Source: Chara braunii
Lineage: Eukaryota; Plantae; Charophyceae
DNA: 63,141 nucleotides
Reading direction: 5' to 3'
NCBI GenBank assembly: GCA_003427395.1
Contig: BFEA01000012.1
Coordinates: forward strand, 4,784,259-4,847,399
Within the stretch, counting starts at the first letter, position 1; every line of letters starts with the position of its first letter. This document shows positions 20,443-33,202 of the stretch, piece by piece. The notes under the pieces are model-generated. The model was not told where the DNA came from and did no database searches. It worked only from the letters and a program-made list of their open reading frames with translations. The position numbers were made by a program, and so were the translations under genes.

Positions 20443-21649
20443 GGAACTTGACGAGTAAGACCATTTCTTTCTGAATTGCCTGGGCCGCGGGTCCTCTCAA
20501 CGATGACATCTCAAGACCGTTGCCCTTTTCCTCTCATAAAAACGGAACGAAAAAGACGGAACTGCTTGCTTGCTAAACAGAGTTAAAAAAAAAACAAAAA
20601 AAATACAACACAAAAACCAGCAGACATCTGTTCCGGCCCGTGCCGCACGTCGAATTCAAAGATGACCAGACTTTCCGTGATACCGCTAGGGGGTACCATG
20701 TCACAGCGCAGTACTCTACTACGATGTGTGACGGAGTTTGATGGTTTTCTGGAAAACATAAAGTGATTTTTTTGCAGACAAGAATGCTTGTTCCGTTTTT
20801 TTAACTATCGATATGGTAGAATTTGTTTTGCTGATTTTGGATATCCATATGGAAGAATATCCATATGGAAGAATTTGTTTTGCTGATTTTGTCTATATCC
20901 CGGTTGGTTTGGTCCCGTTGTTCGGGCTATTTCATGGGCGTGGCGGTGCTTTCACGTGGGACCAGTCATTCGGGTTTTTGGCATCCTGGTTGGTTGTTTC
21001 CCGTTGGTCGGCCCTTTGAGCGCGGGGCGGTGCTTGTATGTGGGAATCGTCATCCGGGATTGTCTTCTCCTCCTTTTTTTGGTTGTCACAGTGTGGATCG
21101 GAGCTTTTTTTATGCTTTGTCTTATGACATCCTGGCTGGTCTTGTCCCGTCGTTTGGCCTGTAGTTGCGGGGGGCGGTGTTTGCATGTGGGACTTGTCAT
21201 CTAGGCTTGTCATTTAGGATCTGCTTTGCAGCCCCCTGTTCTGTTTTGCTTGGGCTGTTTCCTTCCTCTTTTCTTTGCCTCTTTGCCTTCTGGCTGTGTG
21301 CAAGTGGGTCGATATGACACACGGGGGTGGCCCGGGTGGGGGCAGCCGCCGCTCAACCTACATCCACGTGGGCGGCCTTGTACGCAAGAGGTTCTGAACA
21401 GGCGGAGTTGTAAGAAAAAAGATAAAAAATTGAATTCATTTTCCCTGGTTTTCTTTTCTTCTTTTTTCTTTTTTTCGCATTTCAGCTCTGATATTCCTGT
21501 GACAATATATATATATCGTATATTCTCACACTGTAAATCAGAGCGCGAAGGCGGAAAAAAGAAAAACAAGGAAAGGAAAAGAAGGAAAGCCCCACCTGTT
21601 CATCACCTCTTACGTACAAGGCCAGCCACGTGGATGAGATATATATATA

Positions 21650-21847
21650 TATCGTCACAAACAGAACTGCCCGGTAAACCGTAGGCAGAGAGAGAGAAGA
21701 GGACAACAAACGAGGGGCTGTGACAAACTGTTTCGTCGGAGTTTCACCGACTCATCAGGAGGCTGAAAATATCGTCACAAACAGAACTGCCCGGTAAACC
21801 GTAGACAGAGAGAGAGAAGAGGACAACAAACGAGGGGCTGTGACAAA
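21650..21847 (-). mobile_element. Tandem mini-element in (AT)n containing a hammerhead ribozyme core
   Basis: ~75-bp direct repeats flank minus-strand CTGATGA-GTCGG-TGAAACT-CCGAC-GAAA-CAGTTTG-TC. Confidence 0.55.
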
Positions 21848-21859
21848 TATATATTATTA

Positions 21860-22680
21860 TTATTAACAAACGGCCAGGTTATAAAAGTTGTAATAGCAAA
21901 AGGAGGCGGGAATCCCTCCACTACTGAAAACGGATTACGGAACCCCCCCCCAAAAAAAAACAGCTTCTGTCTTTGGTGGAAACCGGGTGCAGCGTCACCT
22001 TAAACCAGCCTTGAAGGAACAACTGGACAAACGAAACTTTCAAGAGAAACGACAAGAGGAAGAGAAGCTACTCGTCTAGATTACTAGTACGTTGCAGGAG
22101 AATGAGGTGTCTCATGGAAACGGAAACGGGGATGTAACTGCAGTCGATATGGAGTATCATACTATGAGGTAGGCAGCTGCAAATCTTCTACAGGAACTTT
22201 ATACCACACAAGTTTGGAGACCAAGAGACGTCCGTTTATTGAAAAAGTAGATCCATTTCAAAGAGGAACCCCATCCCCATCGTGCTGTGAAACTTCTCCT
22301 AGCTAAGTGAGGGAGGCCATGGGAGGGGGCTCAGAGTTCCTGCCTGATTTTTCTCCACTCGGCCATGATTAGATTACGAACTGCATATTGGAATTTGTTT
22401 CTAATTTTAGCTGGAGGAGACCAAAATTTCCTGTTGAATCTCCTATCTCTTCTAGCCAATGAAGCCATCCATAGTGCCCACGAAAGGTGGCAAAATACAC
22501 TCGAAGTAGACTCCTTACTATTTATAGCAAATCGATGAACCTGGCCATTTTATGCAGGAAGATGCACTCGCTTCGTTCTTCGATTAGATTACAAACTGCA
22601 TATTGGAATTTGTTTCTAATTGCTGGAGGAGACCCAAATTTCCTGTTAAATCCCCTATCTCTTCTAGCCATCCATACTAC
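21860..22680 (-). pseudogene. Rearranged LINE ORF2/3'-UTR remnants with ~210-bp tandem duplication
   Basis: Minus frames TFSINGRLLVSKLVWY and AVRNLIMAEWRK resemble the LINE at 41952-44042. The 3'-UTR hairpin motif is at ~21975-22000. Confidence 0.55.
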
Positions 22681-24539
22681 TCCATAGTGCCCACGAAAGG
22701 TGGCAAAATACACTCGTTAGTAGACTCGTTACTATTTATAGCAAACCGATGAACCTGGCCATTTTCTGCAGGAAGATGCACTCGTTTCGTTTTTCGTTTT
22801 GTGTCCCGTGCGGCGACGCCCTTTTTCTGAGCGGGATGGTCCTCACGACTCTGTCCATGCTGCGCTCTGAAAAGAGTAAAACTGTTTTTTTTTTTCTGAA
22901 AGCATCTATTATATTTAGGGCCTCGCCGCACCGCTCACCAAATGCACAAAACGACATTAATAAAAAACGTGTATGTTTCCGTGATGTTGGTGTACATTCA
23001 TTCTCGTTTTGCATTTGAATCACATTTGGTGAGTCGTGCAGCCACGACCTTACTCACACGAGGACTTCGTAAACTGAGCTCCGGAAGGAATCACAGTCCT
23101 ATGCATCCATGCCCTAATTGCGATCAGATACATCCAGTGTGAGTGAGTATGCCCTGAGACTAGGTAGACCATCTATTCCGCGACGTCTGTCTTGCTGCTT
23201 TTCGGTGGAACACTAGCCGTAAGGCTTTTCTTTTTCTTTTCTTTTTTTTTCTACTAAGGCTTTTGTGGTGTGCCCTCTCAAGAGTCTGGCGCCCAAGAAA
23301 CCGGTCCGAAACGTAACGAGTGTTTTTTTTTTTTAATTAGCAAGGCTTTTGTGGTGGCCCCTGGAGGGCCAGGATTGGGTGCCTTGTGAGTCTCAAGAAC
23401 AACAGGTCTGACGATAGGTAAAACATAAAAATGCTTATGTAACGAGTTCGTGTACGGAAGCAACGGCATTCTCTAATCTATTCTGCTACATCATGCACTT
23501 ATTCTATTCTATTCTATTCAAGTCTACCGTCGTCATCCGAATAGAACGCCCGGTCATTACAGCTGTATCTGGACTGAAAATTGCACCAAATACGGATGTT
23601 GGGCCTTGTTGGCCTCTGTGCATGTGTGCAAAGGTGCACTGTGTCAACGTCTTCCGGTTGTGTTCGTTAGTCTAACTTGTAAAGTGATTTTTTTTTTTGA
23701 AAATGATAAAAACTTCAAAAAAGTTTCCAAAGGCACTTAACCACGAGTTCACCAAGCTGTTCAATCCTATATATCTGTTCTTTTCTATTTTTAATCAATT
23801 TAATTGCATTCCCTTCTAATCTACACTCGGCTGTCCGTTACATGAGCTTCTGTTGTCGCCTATGTCATTCTTCAATTAATTAAAAAAAAAAAAAACGAAA
23901 CAATAAACAAAAAAGAAGGGAAAAAGTAATAATTGTTTCAGTTTGTTTGGGACTACTTGGGACTACTTGGGACTACTGTGCTTACCTGTCTGACTTGGCC
24001 GTGATGCCATCCTCACAGGAGAGCACTCCTTTTTTTTTTTTTTTTTGCACTCCCAACTTTTTGTCAAGGGACGTCGGGCCCGTTTTCCGGGTCGTATTAA
24101 AAATAAAAAATATATATATAAAAAAAAAAAAAAAAAAAAAACACAGAAAGGCCGACGGCCTTGAGGTATCACGGGCCGCACGTAACTCAGACCTTTGTTA
24201 TTTATCTCATTGCGTCGCGGGATAGCACACCATTCACCATTATTGCCCTCCATCTCCATTCTTTTTTTTTCTTCTTTTTTTTTTTTCTGAATCCCCATTT
24301 CTCTTCAAGGAGATTACTACTGGGCTAGCGGTACACTCACCAACAGGCCTACGTCAGTTGGTACACCCATGAACTGTTCGAATACAGGCCCGGGGCCAAG
24401 TCCCACTTACCCGAATGATCGATTTCTGACCACAGATTTGGAAGATCAACGACCAGAAATCAAGGATCAGCGTAAGTGGGACTTGGCCCCCGAGTTCGAA
24501 TCCAGATGCAGTCAGATTTACAAAATTACATATTTCTTA

Positions 24540-24995
24540 GCTCCTCTCTCTAAATATAATTTCCTGCACAGCTAAATCTCTGGGCGCTTTTGTTATGTAA
24601 AAGACAGGGTGTGAACGGGTACATTTTGATCAGAATAAGGTTTCACACTAGTAGCACCAGAGTCATCCATCCTGGCAGGCGCTCTCTTCCTGCTCACTGC
24701 TCAGTCAATCCTCTGGAACCCAGAGTAATCAATGCTGCCAGACGCTCTCCAGAGACTTTCCAAAAAAACTTCTCAGTAGTAGGCATTTTGGTGCCCATGT
24801 CTCAGCAACCTGCACAGTCAATCTTCTGGACGCCAGAGTAATCAATGCTGGCATGTTTTTCTCAGCCTTTTGTCTTGGTATCTTCTTGATTCATTCTGTT
24901 TTCCAGCTGGTAACGCTCCCCACGAATAGATGGAGCCTCTCCCCGAGTGCTAGTGGTACCTTCTTTTATCAGTACCACTAGAACTGCAGGGGGTG

Positions 24996-25022
<27 letters not shown>
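24540..25022 (+). mobile_element. LINE-type 3' tail fragment with poly-A, inserted in a SINE
   Basis: The AATAGATGGAGCC/GCTAG..CTAG tail is shared with 62198-62348 (+), 60045-60185 (-) and, in part, 51835-51920 (-). Confidence 0.7.
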
Positions 25023-25026
<4 letters not shown>

Positions 25027-25629
25027 CCGGTCAGTTCAATGATGATGATATCTCAAGTCCGTTGCCTTTTTCTTAGAAAAAGAGAGGAGGGGGAAAAAGA
25101 AAAAAAAGAAAAGAGGAAAAAGCAGAACACTCACGTCCAGGAGATGGCTGGCCCAGCGGTACACACTCCTTTCAAGGAGATGCCTACCGTCTTCACCCCA
25201 ATAGAACGCCCGGTAATTATTGCCGTATCTGGACTGAAAGTTGCACCAAGTACAGATATAATCCCCAGGCGTTGCGGTACAGCCGGGAGTTCTGCTCGGC
25301 TCTCTTCCCTGTCGATTTTTTATTTATTTTATTTTATTTATTTATTCGTATAATGTGCCCTGTCGATTTTTTTCAGGACGATTGCAGAATCATGCCGGAC
25401 TTTCTCCCTTCGCCCGGGCCGATGTCCCAGTAGCAAAGAGGATAGGATCAAGCTCCTGCATCTGGATGTGCCTTATGCAGAGGTGCAGAATTCGGGCATT
25501 CGATCCGATCCTCTTTGCTAGTGGGACCACGCCCCCGGCGTCTGTGTACGTATAGTATGGTATTTGCACCTCTCGCTGAGGGGTTCTATTTCTATTTGCC
25601 ACTCTCAAACGCGGGACACCAGCGCCCCG

Positions 25630-25759
25630 TTTTTTTTTGTTTTTTTTTTGGGGGGGGGACAATTTCTCGATTTAAGCGTGGCATCCTCGAAGCGCAGGGG
25701 GGGTCATGCTAATCTTCATTCTGTGTGTCGTTGCCATTTTAACGGATGTGTCCCGAAAG
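25630..25759 (-). pseudogene. U6 snRNA retrocopy (degenerate) with tail
   Basis: The reverse complement contains GGGAC..ATCCGTTAAAATGGCAACGACACACAGAA..GATTAGCATG...GGATGCCACGCTTAAATCGAGAAATTGTCC. Confidence 0.85.
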
Positions 25760-28242
25760 AAAAAAAAAGGGGCTCTATTTGCGGCCCTCTCAAACAAAAA
25801 AAAAAAAAGGCAGTGGGTTCACATTGATCGGCATTGCGGCTGGCAGACAACGAACAGAACGTGAGGTCATTATCGATGTACCGAGACGGAAAGCTGCGCA
25901 AAATACAGCGAAAACGGCCCTAAGTTTTATTCGCGGGAAGAGGCTATACTGCGGATGCAGTGCACTGGGACTTTCAAAATCGCAAAACCAACTGGCATAG
26001 CTCATCAGTTGGTATACCCATGAACCGTTTTTTTTTTTTTTTTTTTTTTTTTTTTTGACCCGAATTTTTCGAATCCAGATGCCACCAGATGACTAAAACA
26101 ATTTAATTATAATTACCTGGGTCTGGTCAGTTCCACGATAATATCTCTAGAAGTCAAAGAACTTCGTCGACGATAATCATTACCGAAACGTCAGTATCAG
26201 CACACCGAAACAGATTCACACCCAAAGACAAAGTGAACGCACTGAATGGAATAATGGAGGCATAGAAAGAAGAAAGACGGGAGGGAGGAGAAGAGAAAAA
26301 AGAGAGGAACAATAAACGCGGTCTGACAATAAACGCCGTCGCCTTTCAATACCACAAGGGGAAAAACAAAACAAGAAAAAATCCAAATCGAAAAAACAGC
26401 ATTGACGTGAGAGGGGTCTATCAAAATGCGTTTTTTTTTAATTTTTTGATGTGCATCCGAAAGAAGACCTGGGATTTACGGTTTGTCGGTAACTTCCGGT
26501 GAACGGAAGACTGCCTCTTTTATGTTATTAAAGATGAAGAAAAGGCAGGTTATTTCTCATTAAGTGTAAAAAAAAAAAAAAAAAAAAAACGCATTGAGAG
26601 AACCAATAATAAAAATCAATGCACATACCGACAATTGCCGTCAAAATCAATGCGCAAAATCACGGAAATTTTCGGCGAAAAAATGAAATGGATAAGGACA
26701 AAGGAATGAAAACTCGAAGTTCGAAAACAAATTAAAAAAATCTCACTTTAAATCTTTGATGGGGAAAAAAAATGCCCATTAAATATCGCGGGCACATAAC
26801 TGAATTTTATTATCCCCGACCAACGAAAAAAAAGACATGCGCATCAATCCATACATGCGCATGGACAGTCGGAATCAACATAGACGAGAGTAAAAAAAAT
26901 GACAACAGACAAAATGAATAAGGGCATACTCACACAGCCACAATGCTGCTAGCAGTAGCGCGCTTTCTGACTGACAGTGTAATAACGTCGAGAGCTTACT
27001 TTGGGAAAAGGTCCTGGGGAGAGTATGGGCATCGCCACACCACTCTCGAAATGTGAAAAAGACAAACGTGGCGGATGCATCTGGGCATGTTCTAGCGGGA
27101 AGTTCATTCTCATTTTGCACATTGGACAAGGTCCTGGTGTGAGTATGGGCATCGCCACACGACTTTCGAAATGTGAAAAGACAAAAACATGGCGGGTGCA
27201 TCTGGCCATGTTCGAGCGGGAAATTCATTCTCATTTTGCACATTTCGAGAGTGGTGTGGCGATGCCCTATGATATACCCTGAATGAATGAATAAGTGAAT
27301 GAACAGATGAAAGAATAGACGACTAAAACAGGAAATGAAAGATCTAGTAAATGAATGTATAAGATGGATTAAGGAAAAATGAACTGAAATAAAAAGACTA
27401 CTGAGTGAATGTATGAAGAAAGGAAAGAATGAAGAAAGGAAAGACGAGCATACGGCGGCAATTGTTTTATAGCGCCAATTGTCAGAGGAGCAAGAAGCAT
27501 GGTATAAAACCTTGCAGCACCCCTATCGGAGGAGGAACGGCAAAGGAGTATATTATAAATGACACCCCTCTCCACCTTCCTAGTTGGGGGTATGGAGTCC
27601 CCCGCGGACAGCCGCGCTACCACCACCGGCGCTCACCGGCGGAGTCCCCCGCGGACCGCCGCGCGACCACTACCGGCGCTCACCGGGGAACCTACTCGCG
27701 CTCGCCAAGCGTGCGCAAGCGGCGCAAGTAGAAGCAACATTGCTCGATAGATGAGCAAGCTAGCCCATGCAATCATCGCTTTCTTAACCCCTACCTCGTC
27801 ATGGGGTGGACAAAGAGCTACCGTCTTCGCTCGACCATAACAACGCACCCTCATCACGAACGTATACAAGCTGCTTTTCCGGTCCGATACAGTCAGGATG
27901 ACGGTTGGTTGCTGTCAGATCAGGGGAACACGACAAGTACATGTTCCAAACTGAGAGACAGCAGCCAACAACCATAATCGCGCGCAAAAACACGAAAACG
28001 AAAAGGCAAAAAGACAACGGTTACAGCGCACTTTCATCTCGACCGTATACAAGCTGCCTTTCCGGTCCGATACAGTCAGGATGACAGTCGGTTGTCTTCA
28101 GATCAGGAGAAGACGACAAGTACACGTTCCAAAATAGAACACACGAGCCAACAAAGACAATCGCGCGCAAACACACAAAAAACAAAAGGAAAACAACGAC
28201 AACGATATAACGCGCGGTCCAGTGGAGAGAGAGAGAGAGACT

Positions 28243-28283
<41 letters not shown>

Positions 28284-28381
28284 GGGGGGGGGGGGTGTGG
28301 GGGATTCAGAGCTCGGCCAAGTAATATAAAGCGGGGCTTGTTCACTTCAATCTACGTAGGGTCCAAAAATTTGCGTATATA

Positions 28382-28775
28382 GTCGTTCGGGACAGCCGTT
28401 AAAATTGGCTCAGTTGGTACATCTATGAACTGTTGAAATACAGAGTCAAGGTCGAATCCCGACGCAGGCAGATTAATCCAGATGGAGGCAGATTAGCAAA
28501 AGAACAACCTTCTACATTACCCAGGGCTCATCCCAAAAAAAAAAAAAAAAAAAAAGAACTACCCAGGGCCGTCAGTTCAATGATGATATCTCAAGGCCGT
28601 CGCCCTTTTAAAACAATAATAATAACAATAATAATAACAATAATAATAATAATAATAATAATAAATATATAATAATAAAAGTAATAATAATAATTTGAAC
28701 GATACAGAGAAAGAACATTAGCATGGCCCCTGCGCAAGGATGACACGCATAAATCGAGAAATGGTTAAAAAAAAG
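28382..28775 (+). pseudogene. U6 snRNA retrocopy split by a family A SINE
   Basis: GTCGTTCGGGACAGCCGTTAAAATTGG is at 28382-28408. GAACGATACAGAGAA..ATTAGCATGGCCCCTGCGCAAGGATGACACGCATAAATCGAGAAATGG is at ~28697-28764. Confidence 0.9.
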
Positions 28776-31362
28776 AAAAAGACATATTAGGGAAACAAAA
28801 CAAAAGCAGCCCTCATTTGTCTCCGTCCGCCAGCTGTTACGGGATTAGCAGCAGCAGCAGCGATACTGGACAATACAACGTCTTACCCCGAACACAACGC
28901 ACCCTCACAATGCACGCATATAAACGATCTTTCCGGCCCCATACATTCATGATCATCGCGGTGGGCTGTGCTCGGGGAAGGACGGTAGCTAGCATTAGCG
29001 CCTACCACGTAGTCGAAATTTCATTTACGCAATTGCTCAGCCGTTAGATACATAGAAGCATTCGGGCCCGTGAGTTGTTTGCGACGTAATTAATCCCCAT
29101 ATAAAAAAAAATGTACACACACAGGACGAGTCGAAGGAAACTAACAAGAGCCACCCACGGTTACCCTACCAGTCAGGCCCGTTGGAGAATGGACATACTC
29201 AAAGAGAGAGAGAGAGAGAGGAGAGAGAGAGTGAGGGGGGGGAGAGAGAGAGAGAGACAGAGACAGAGAGAGAGAGAGACAGAGAGAGACAGAGAGACAG
29301 AGAGAGAGAGAGACAGAGAGAGANNNNNNNNNNNNNNNNNNNNNNNNNNNNNNNNNNNNNNNNNNNNNNNNNNNNNNNNNNNNNNNNNNNNNNNNNNNNN
29401 NNNNNNNNNNNNNNNNNNNNNNNNNNNNNNNNNNNNNNNNNNNNNNNNNNNNNNNNNNNNNNNNNNNNNNNNNNNNNNNNNNNNNNNNNNNNNNNNNNNN
29501 NNNNNNNNNNNNNNNNNNNNNNNNNNNNNNNNNNNNNNNNNNNNNNNNNNNNNNNNNNNNNNNNNNNNNNNNNNNNNNNNNNNNNNNNNNNNNNNNNNNN
29601 NNNNNNNNNNNNNNNNNNNNNNNNNNNNNNNNNNNNNNNNNNNNNNNNNNNNNNNNNNNNNNNNNNNNNNNNNNNNNNNNNNNNNNNNNNNNNNNNNNNN
29701 NNNNNNNNNNNNNNNNNNNNNNNNNNNNNNNNNNNNNNNNNNNNNNNNNNNNNNNNNNNNNNNNNNNNNNNNNNNNNNNNNNNNNNNNNNNNNNNNNNNN
29801 NNNNNNNNNNNNNNNNNNNNNNNNNNNNNNNNNNNNNNNNNNNNNNNNNNNNNNNNNNNNNNNNNNNNNNNNNNNNNNNNNNNNNNNNNNNNNNNNNNNN
29901 NNNNNNNNNNNNNNNNNNNNNNNNNNNNNNNNNNNNNNNNNNNNNNNNNNNNNNNNNNNNNNCTCTCTCTCTCTCTCTCTCTCTCCATATATATATGTCG
30001 TCACACCGTGTATCGGAGCGCAAAGGCGAAAAAAGGCAAAAAAAAAAAAGAAAGGAAGGAAAGCCCCACCACCTGTTCATCACTTCTTACGTACAAGGCC
30101 GGCCACGTGGATAATAGATTGAGCACCGGCTGCCCCCATCCCCGTGTGTCACATACAGATACACGTACATGTAACCATATATCTTAATAGATGTTTATAT
30201 AGACATATATATACACACCCCCCACACACACGCACTCGCCATCACATGCTCTCAAGCGCACGAAAGACACTGAAAAAAAGACAGATCCGTACAAGATCCG
30301 TACAAGATCCGTACAAGATCCGCACAAGATCCGTACAAGAAAGAGGAGTCAGAGGCTCACGTGACAGGGAGAGGAGGTGGCATCTCATGCTTCTCCTCAT
30401 GTCAGATACGTTTGGCAGAAAGCAAGCTGAATCAGCTGACGGCGGAGGAAAACGGGAGGGGGAAGCGAGAACCAGAATCTGCTGAACGTCAACGGAGGAG
30501 AAGGGGAGGGAGAGAGAAATACAATCCCGACTTAGCTCTCTGCTTCCGGGATTTTTAAAAACGAGATCCTACCTATGCTGAGACAAAAAAAAAAAAAAAA
30601 AAAAAAGAGAAGGGATAAAAAGTAGAGTATTTAATGATGATTTGTAATGAATTAATTCTGTTCAATACATAAAAAAGAGTAAATGACGTATCGACTGAAC
30701 GATGCAAATGCGGCATCCTTGACCAGATAAATATAACAAAATCCCAAGCGTTATCCTGAATATTTCCACGCAGCGAGCATCACCAATTACATTATTATAA
30801 AAAGCATCACCAATTGTATTCTTATAAAATTATTATTATACAATTATTATCATTATAAAATATTATGCAATTATTATTATAAAATATTATGCAATTATTA
30901 TTACAAAATATTATACAATTATTATTATATATTATACAATTATTATTATAAAATATTATACAATTATTAGTATAAAATAATAAAGGCTGATCTCTTCTGA
31001 CCACCTCCTCACCACCAATTCAAAAGAGGAATGTAATGATAGTATTGTTAGAAAAAACAGGAACGAGTACCTCCGACCGAGGCTCCTGCGCCATGGCGAT
31101 GCCACGCATGACAGAACCGAGGGATCACCAGGGAAAAACGGGATGCCCGTCACAACTACGTGTGTATGTGTGTATGTGTGTATGTGTGTACGTGTGTATG
31201 TGTGTATGTGTGTATGTGTGCATGTGTGTTTGTGTGTATGAGTGTATGTGTGTATGTGAGAGAGAGAGAGAGAGAGGATGAACGCCATCGTCACACACAT
31301 ACACGTTCAAACGCAACTGAATGTATAACATTGTACGTATGTGTACGTGTGTGTGTGTGTGT

Positions 31363-31442
<80 letters not shown>

Positions 31443-31445
<3 letters not shown>

Positions 31446-31797
31446 GTCATGTTCGCTATACAGCGCCACAAAAAAAGCACGACTGTGCCAGACTGTTTGG
31501 TCCGACTATGGCCGACTCATCAGGACGGTGTGTACGCCAGACTCTCACGGACTGATGTCTGCGCATATCTTCGTGGTGTTGTCCTGTGTGTGTGTCCTGT
31601 GTGTGTGTTCTGTGTGTGTGTGTGTGTGTGTGTGTCGTCATGTTCGCTACAGCGCCACAAAAAAGCACGACTGTGCCAGACTGTTTGGTCCGACTATGGC
31701 CGACTCATCAGGACGGTGTGTACGCCGGACTCTCACGGACTGATGTGTCTGCGCATATCTTCGTGGTGTTGTCCTGTGTGTGTGTCCTGTGTGTGTG

Positions 31798-31853
<56 letters not shown>
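31443..31853 (-). repeat. ~190-bp tandem unit x2 in (TG)n with degenerate hammerhead-like core
   Basis: Each unit reads CTGATGA-GTCGG-CCATAGT-CGGAC-CAAA-CAGTCTGGC on the minus strand. Confidence 0.6.
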
Positions 31854-33202
31854 NNNNNNNNNNNNNNNNNNNNNNNNNNNNNNNNNNNNNNNNNNNNNNN
31901 NNNNNNNNNNNNNNNNNNNNNNNNNNNNNNNNNNNNNNNNNNNNNNNNNNNNNNNNNNNNNNNNNNNNNNNNNNNNNNNNNNNNNNNNNNNNNNNNNNNN
32001 NNNNNNNNNNNNNNNNNNNNNNNNNNNNNNNNNNNNNNNNNNNNNNNNNNNNNNNNNNNNNNNNNNNNNNNNNNNNNNNNNNNNNNNNNNNNNNNNNNNN
32101 NNNNNNNNNNNNNNNNNNNNNNNNNNNNNNNNNNNNNNNNNNNNNNNNNNNNNNNNNNNNNNNNNNNNNNNNNNNNNNNNNNNNNNNNNNNNNNNNNNNN
32201 NNNNNNNNNNNNNNNNNNNNNNNNNNNNNNNNNNNNNNNNNNNNNNNNNNNNNNNNNNNNNNNNNNNNNNNNNNNNNNNNNNNNNNNNNNNNNNNNNNNN
32301 NNNNNNNNNNNNNNNNNNNNNNNNNNNNNNNNNNNNNNNNNNNNNNNNNNNNNNNNNNNNNNNNNNNNNNNNNNNNNNNNNNNNNNNNNNNNNNNNNNNN
32401 NNNNNNNNNNNNNNNNNNNNNNNNNNNNNNNNNNNNNNNNNNNNNNNNNNNNNNNNNNNNNNNNNNNNNNNNNNNNNNNNNNNNNNNNNNNNNNNNNNNN
32501 NNNNNNNNNNNNNNNNNNNNNNNNNNNNNNNNNNNNNNNNNNNNNNNNNNNNNNNNNNNNNNNNNNNNNNNNNNNNNNNNNNNNNNNNNNNNNNNNNNNN
32601 NNNNNNNNNNNNNNNNNNNNNNNNNNNNNNNNNNNNNNNNNNNNNNNNNNNNNNNNNNNNNNNNNNNNNNNNNNNNNNNNNNNNNNNNNNNNNNNNNNNN
32701 NNNNNNNNNNNNNNNNNNNNNNNNNNNNNNNNNNNNNNNNNNNNNNGCATGACAAGTTGACAACCTCGATGCTATTTCGTTTGCGCCAAATTTTAGCATG
32801 CTGCGCTGGCTGTCCATAGCACATAGCATTTGCACTGGTTGTCTATGGCATGACAACCGCGATCAAACCGCAGACATAGCATCAAAAAATCAATGTAACC
32901 GCGATCAAACCGCAGACATAGCATCAAAAAATCAATGTGGCCAGTTTTCGATCTCTTCTTCTGAGGACACTGGACCTGCTTTGCAGTCTGATACCCAAGA
33001 TAGGATGCTGGACCAAAAAAAATAAAATAAAATCAATGTGGCCAAGAGCCCAAATATGCCCGGCAAGGCTATGTAGCTGCTACCGCCGTCCCCCGAACAT
33101 AACGCGCCCTGAATCTGATGAATGTATATAAGCCATCTTTCCCGTTGGATGCAGTCATAATGAGGGTGCGTTGTGCTCGGGAGAACACGGCAGGTCGGGT
33201 CC

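Noticed and set aside
23044-23054. ACGACCTTACT resembling the plant U3 snoRNA 5' end
   Set aside because: Only 11 nt match, and the rest looks like a MITE related to ~10835-10965.
28578-28610. ATGATGA C-box suggesting a tRNA-snoRNA dicistron
   Set aside because: There is no downstream D box, and it is the common tail of a dispersed, degenerate SINE.
29111-32856. Long ORFs in the ORF track
   Set aside because: They are products of N gaps and (GA)n/(TG)n microsatellites.
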